Assembly: GCA_046563655.1 (NCBI GenBank)
Contig: CM102286.1
Span: 3,286,001-3,350,000, forward strand
Length of the DNA: 64,000 bases
Source of the DNA: Yuukianura sp. NJ FZ-2021
Taxonomy: Eukaryota
Direction: 5' to 3'
A model generated the notes under the pieces. The model ran no database searches. It was not told where the DNA came from and saw only the letters and a program-made list of their open reading frames with translations. The translations under genes and the position numbers were made by a program. Below, piece after piece: positions 60,323 to 64,000 of the stretch; within the stretch, counting starts at the first letter, position 1; each line of letters starts with the position of its first letter.

Positions 60323-61320
60323 ATGGCACCAGTAAGCCAAACTTCAATCCTGGAAACATTTTTCAAAAAATCCAAATATTTCTTTAGTAGGAACTGTTCT
60401 AACTTCCTAGCTGGTTTTAGGGGCGTCACAATTGTAAGATACCATGTAACTACTTCCAGTTAATTACTTTTTTTACAGTAATAATTTTGATGCCAATGTG
60501 TAAATTATAGGTTGTTCTTATTCCTGCGTTGATTTGTAGTATTCAGTCACTTCCAGATGACAACTTTCTTGATTTTGTTGCAAATAACCCAGGACTTGAC
60601 ATTGGAGCGTACTATCTCTTGTTTGTAGTCGTCGCTACAACACTCGGCATTTACGTCGTATGTACATTCTGTTTCCCATTGGGACCACTGAACACAACAC
60701 GATGTCTCCTTGCTATGGTATATAGCTACAATTATAACTTACACAATTAATATTTTTCATATATTACCACATTAACAATATTACATTACATTAAAAACAT
60801 TGTAGGACGCAATCATTATTCTGTTTACTGGAGTTGGTTTAATTGCCTTTCCAATCATTTCAACAACTCATATCAGTGACTACATTCAGGATGTATGCGG
60901 CCCCAGGTACAAGTTAAACAATATATAGCATATATTTTTTAGATTATGAAGAATAGTATAATCATATCATAATTAGTAATATATACAATTTATTTTCCGG
61001 TTTTATATAGCTTGTTCCATGTAGACTGTGAAAGACGCTCTGTGATGGGAGAATACGCAATATGCTTCTGTGATACAACGGAAGCAATCAAATACGGGTA
61101 CCTCACACCGGTATTGGTAGGTGAATTTTTAATCAGATAACTTAAAGCAAAATCTAAGCAGTAGATTTTTAATTGTTTACAGATAATTTGCCTCTGGTGT
61201 GGTGCATATTCGAGTATTATACTAATGTTGATGTTATACCTACTGTGGTGTCCCAGTGTGTTGAGGATGAAGAGAGTTGGACAAAGACTTGTTCCTCAAC
61301 AAGAGGACGACGAAACCTAA
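60323..61320 (+). CDS. Four-TM membrane protein, MARVEL-like, paralog B (~220 aa)
   Basis: Exons 60323-60433, 60511-60717, 60806-60906, 61011-61116 and 61183-61320; same phases and same 207/106-nt exons as A and C. Confidence 0.78.
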
Positions 61321-61917
61321 TCATACGTTTTTTAAATATAACTAAGAATTAGCAGAATAATAATTATATAATATATAATACTTTTGTAAACAAATTCTAG
61401 TTGCAAAATAAAAAAAAAAATAGTACACTACTTTTGAGCAGGATCATTTGAAATGGTGTACGTCAATTTGCGTGCATCGTGTCTATCGTTTATCATGCTC
61501 ATGAGCAGTTTACAGTATCAGCGTTACGCCACTATGATGTGACGTCCTGGATCAAGTTCTCCTTCCCAAATATTTTTTTTCGTCACTTGACCCTTCGGCT
61601 GATAATGCATCAGTTTCTATGATTTAGGGTCGACGTCGTAGGCCATACTACAAGTGCAATAAGATTAGATTAATACAATTCGATGTAAATTGCGTATTGA
61701 ATTAAACTTGAAGGTTTTAACTTATTGGTGACACACGGCACCTATAGCCCCAAACAAACGAATCAATTTCATTCTAAAGTAGTACCGTGACCGTGTGCAA
61801 AAGTTGTGCAAAATTATATGTTGAAATGAGAGTTCCCAAGATTTAGTTAATTCATTAGATTGTCAGTAGTGCTTCTATTAAAGTGAAACTAAATTAGTTA
61901 TAAACAAAACTTAAATC

Positions 61918-63147
61918 ATGAAGTCGTCGTGTCAGAAGACAATGCAGTATTTTTGGAGGAACTGTTCGAACCTCTTGGCTTGTTGTCGAATCTTCATAAT
62001 TGTAAAGTATTTTCAATATTTCAAATTTTGTTCGATACAAACTGTGCATCTATTAATTTTGTTTGTCTGTTTCAGGTTTTCCTTATTCCGGCTATGATTT
62101 GTAGTATTCTGTCACTTCCGGATGAAGCATTCTTTGATTTTGTGGACAGAAATCCATCACTTGACGTTCGAGCATACTACTTACTATTTATAGTAATCGC
62201 TACATCACTTATTATTTACATAGTGTGTGCATTTTGTTTTCCAATGGGAGAAAACCATGCCACACGACTTGTCTCTACTATCGTAAGTCACAAGTATATA
62301 AAAAAAAACCTTATAATATAGCATAATTTCGTATCATGTTCATAATTCTTAACTTACTAACTTAGGGTATAAAATTAACTTTTTTTAAAGGTGAATCGTT
62401 ATCCTTTTGTTGGTATTCAGTTTGTTCACTAAAAAAAGTAGAAATCATCAAACTAAAAAGTTTGTCGATTTTGAAAATTTGGAGGGGGGGGGGGGTAAAA
62501 TTGTAAATTTTTGCAGATAAGCTGCTTTAATTCAACCTTCGAACCCTCCCCCCCTCCCAGAAATAGCTAATTTTGAAAAAAAAATGCTTTATATGTACAA
62601 TAGGACTGGCTTCTTGTTCTGGTCAGTGGAACTTGTATGGTCGTTTTTGCAATTTTGCTGAAGGATCATGTCAGTGCCTACATTGAATTGCTTTGCGGTC
62701 CTGCTCCTTATCACTATCACGGAGGCGAAGACGAAGCCACACTGTAAAATTCAAGCTTTACACTTTAATTTGATCGTTGCGAATAGCCTGGGGCACTTGT
62801 TCGACAATTCCTAACAAATAAGTGGACAAACTAATTGTAGAATATCTTTTATGAATTGGCAGGATCGTAATAGACTGTTCAAGACAATATTCTGAAATTG
62901 CAGAGTACGTACGTTGCTACTGCCCCACAACAGTAGCTATAAAATATGGCTATTTTAAACCAGCATGGGTAAGTTCCGTCACAACTTACTAGTTTAATAT
63001 ATAGTATTTAATATAAGCAAACTTTAATATTTCTAAATGTTATTGTTGATTTGTCCACAGATATTGTGTTTTTTCGCCGGTCTATTTAGTGCTGTTATAC
63101 TTCTAATGCTTACGTACGAAGTTTTCTGTCGGAAGATGAAAAGATGA
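61918..63147 (+). CDS. Four-TM membrane protein, MARVEL-like, paralog C (~207 aa)
   Basis: Exons 61918-62001, 62076-62282, 62604-62743, 62863-62968 and 63061-63147. Confidence 0.78.
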
Positions 63148-64000
63148 AATGTTATAATGTTAAAATCACGCATTTTTAGATTTATGTTTCTCTGGACTCT
63201 GATTCACTCGTGAGTTAGTTTTCGTTTAAAATTTCCATGCATTTCTATTTCCAGTAAGAACTTTGCTCTTTAGTTTCCTACTCCCGTTTGGCCAAATTAA
63301 GCCCCCCCCCCATTGTTGTGTATGTATTTTCGTTACTCTCAGCAGAGTAACGTGTACTTCCGTTACTCTGATCATTGTTTGAGAAAAACTTTAAATATAA
63401 TTTTTTCCTGATTTTTACAATACAGTCTGATTATTTATCAGTTAGCGAAAGCGAAATTTTGCTACAGTATTAATATTAATTCTCTTATTAGTTTTAATTT
63501 TTGCATGATACTAACGAATTAATGAAAGCCCAATGTCGTAATTCGACAGTTATTTTTTTTTTCAATCGATTTGGACATTTTGTTTGAAAGTGAAATTGTT
63601 GCAAAAAATTTCACTTTTAACAATATCCTTTGTTCTACATAGTCAAAGTAATAAAAACATTCGATTTCATTGGTAGCAGAGGTTTGATTTTCATTACGTT
63701 GAGCTACACCATTTGAGGTATATTAGCCTTTTCCTAATGCGGTTCTCTTCTGGGCAATGTTGGCAAATTGCCGTTTTCATTTGTATTTTGTCATCTGTTT
63801 CTTCTGCTAAAAAGAAAAAGTCAAAGGTCAAGAAGGAATCTCCGTCTTACATTTCAATTCGGACAACTTTGGAAACACTTACGCTAAATGCAACACATAC
63901 ATGTCATGGCGGTGGATGGTTACCCGACTCTACTTACGTTAGTTGTATCTGTGTCAAAGGAATTTGGGCTGTTTCGAGCGAATACTGCGATGAAAATACT

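Overview
AT-rich eukaryotic genomic DNA with GT-AG spliceosomal introns. The gene content points to an arthropod, and the divergent receptor families suggest a non-insect hexapod such as a springtail (inference only). All gene models were built by hand from splice signals and exon phase. The left half holds a minus-strand dpr-family Ig gene (dpr12-like) with four coding exons between 31006 and 1153, continuing off the left edge. Its ~19.6-kb second coding intron carries, on the same strand, three tandem 2-exon 7TM OR/GR-like chemoreceptor genes, two decayed 3'-end relics of them, and an intronless ionotropic-receptor-like gene bracketed by ~365-bp direct repeats. Bases ~31-49 kb look non-coding. 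The right end is gene-dense. It has a 10-exon Cys-loop ligand-gated ion channel subunit (~818 aa) with an unusual ~385-aa N-terminal extension (furin/dipeptide site, Gly-rich region, 20-aa repeats, mucin-like stalk), an 11-bp satellite in one intron and a non-PAR pore entrance. It also has a 12-exon prolyl 4-hydroxylase alpha with an 11-nt microexon and a probable GC-AG intron, a fourth 7TM receptor, and three tandem 5-exon four-TM (MARVEL-like) paralogs. Small non-autonomous mobile elements and local tandem duplications are also present.
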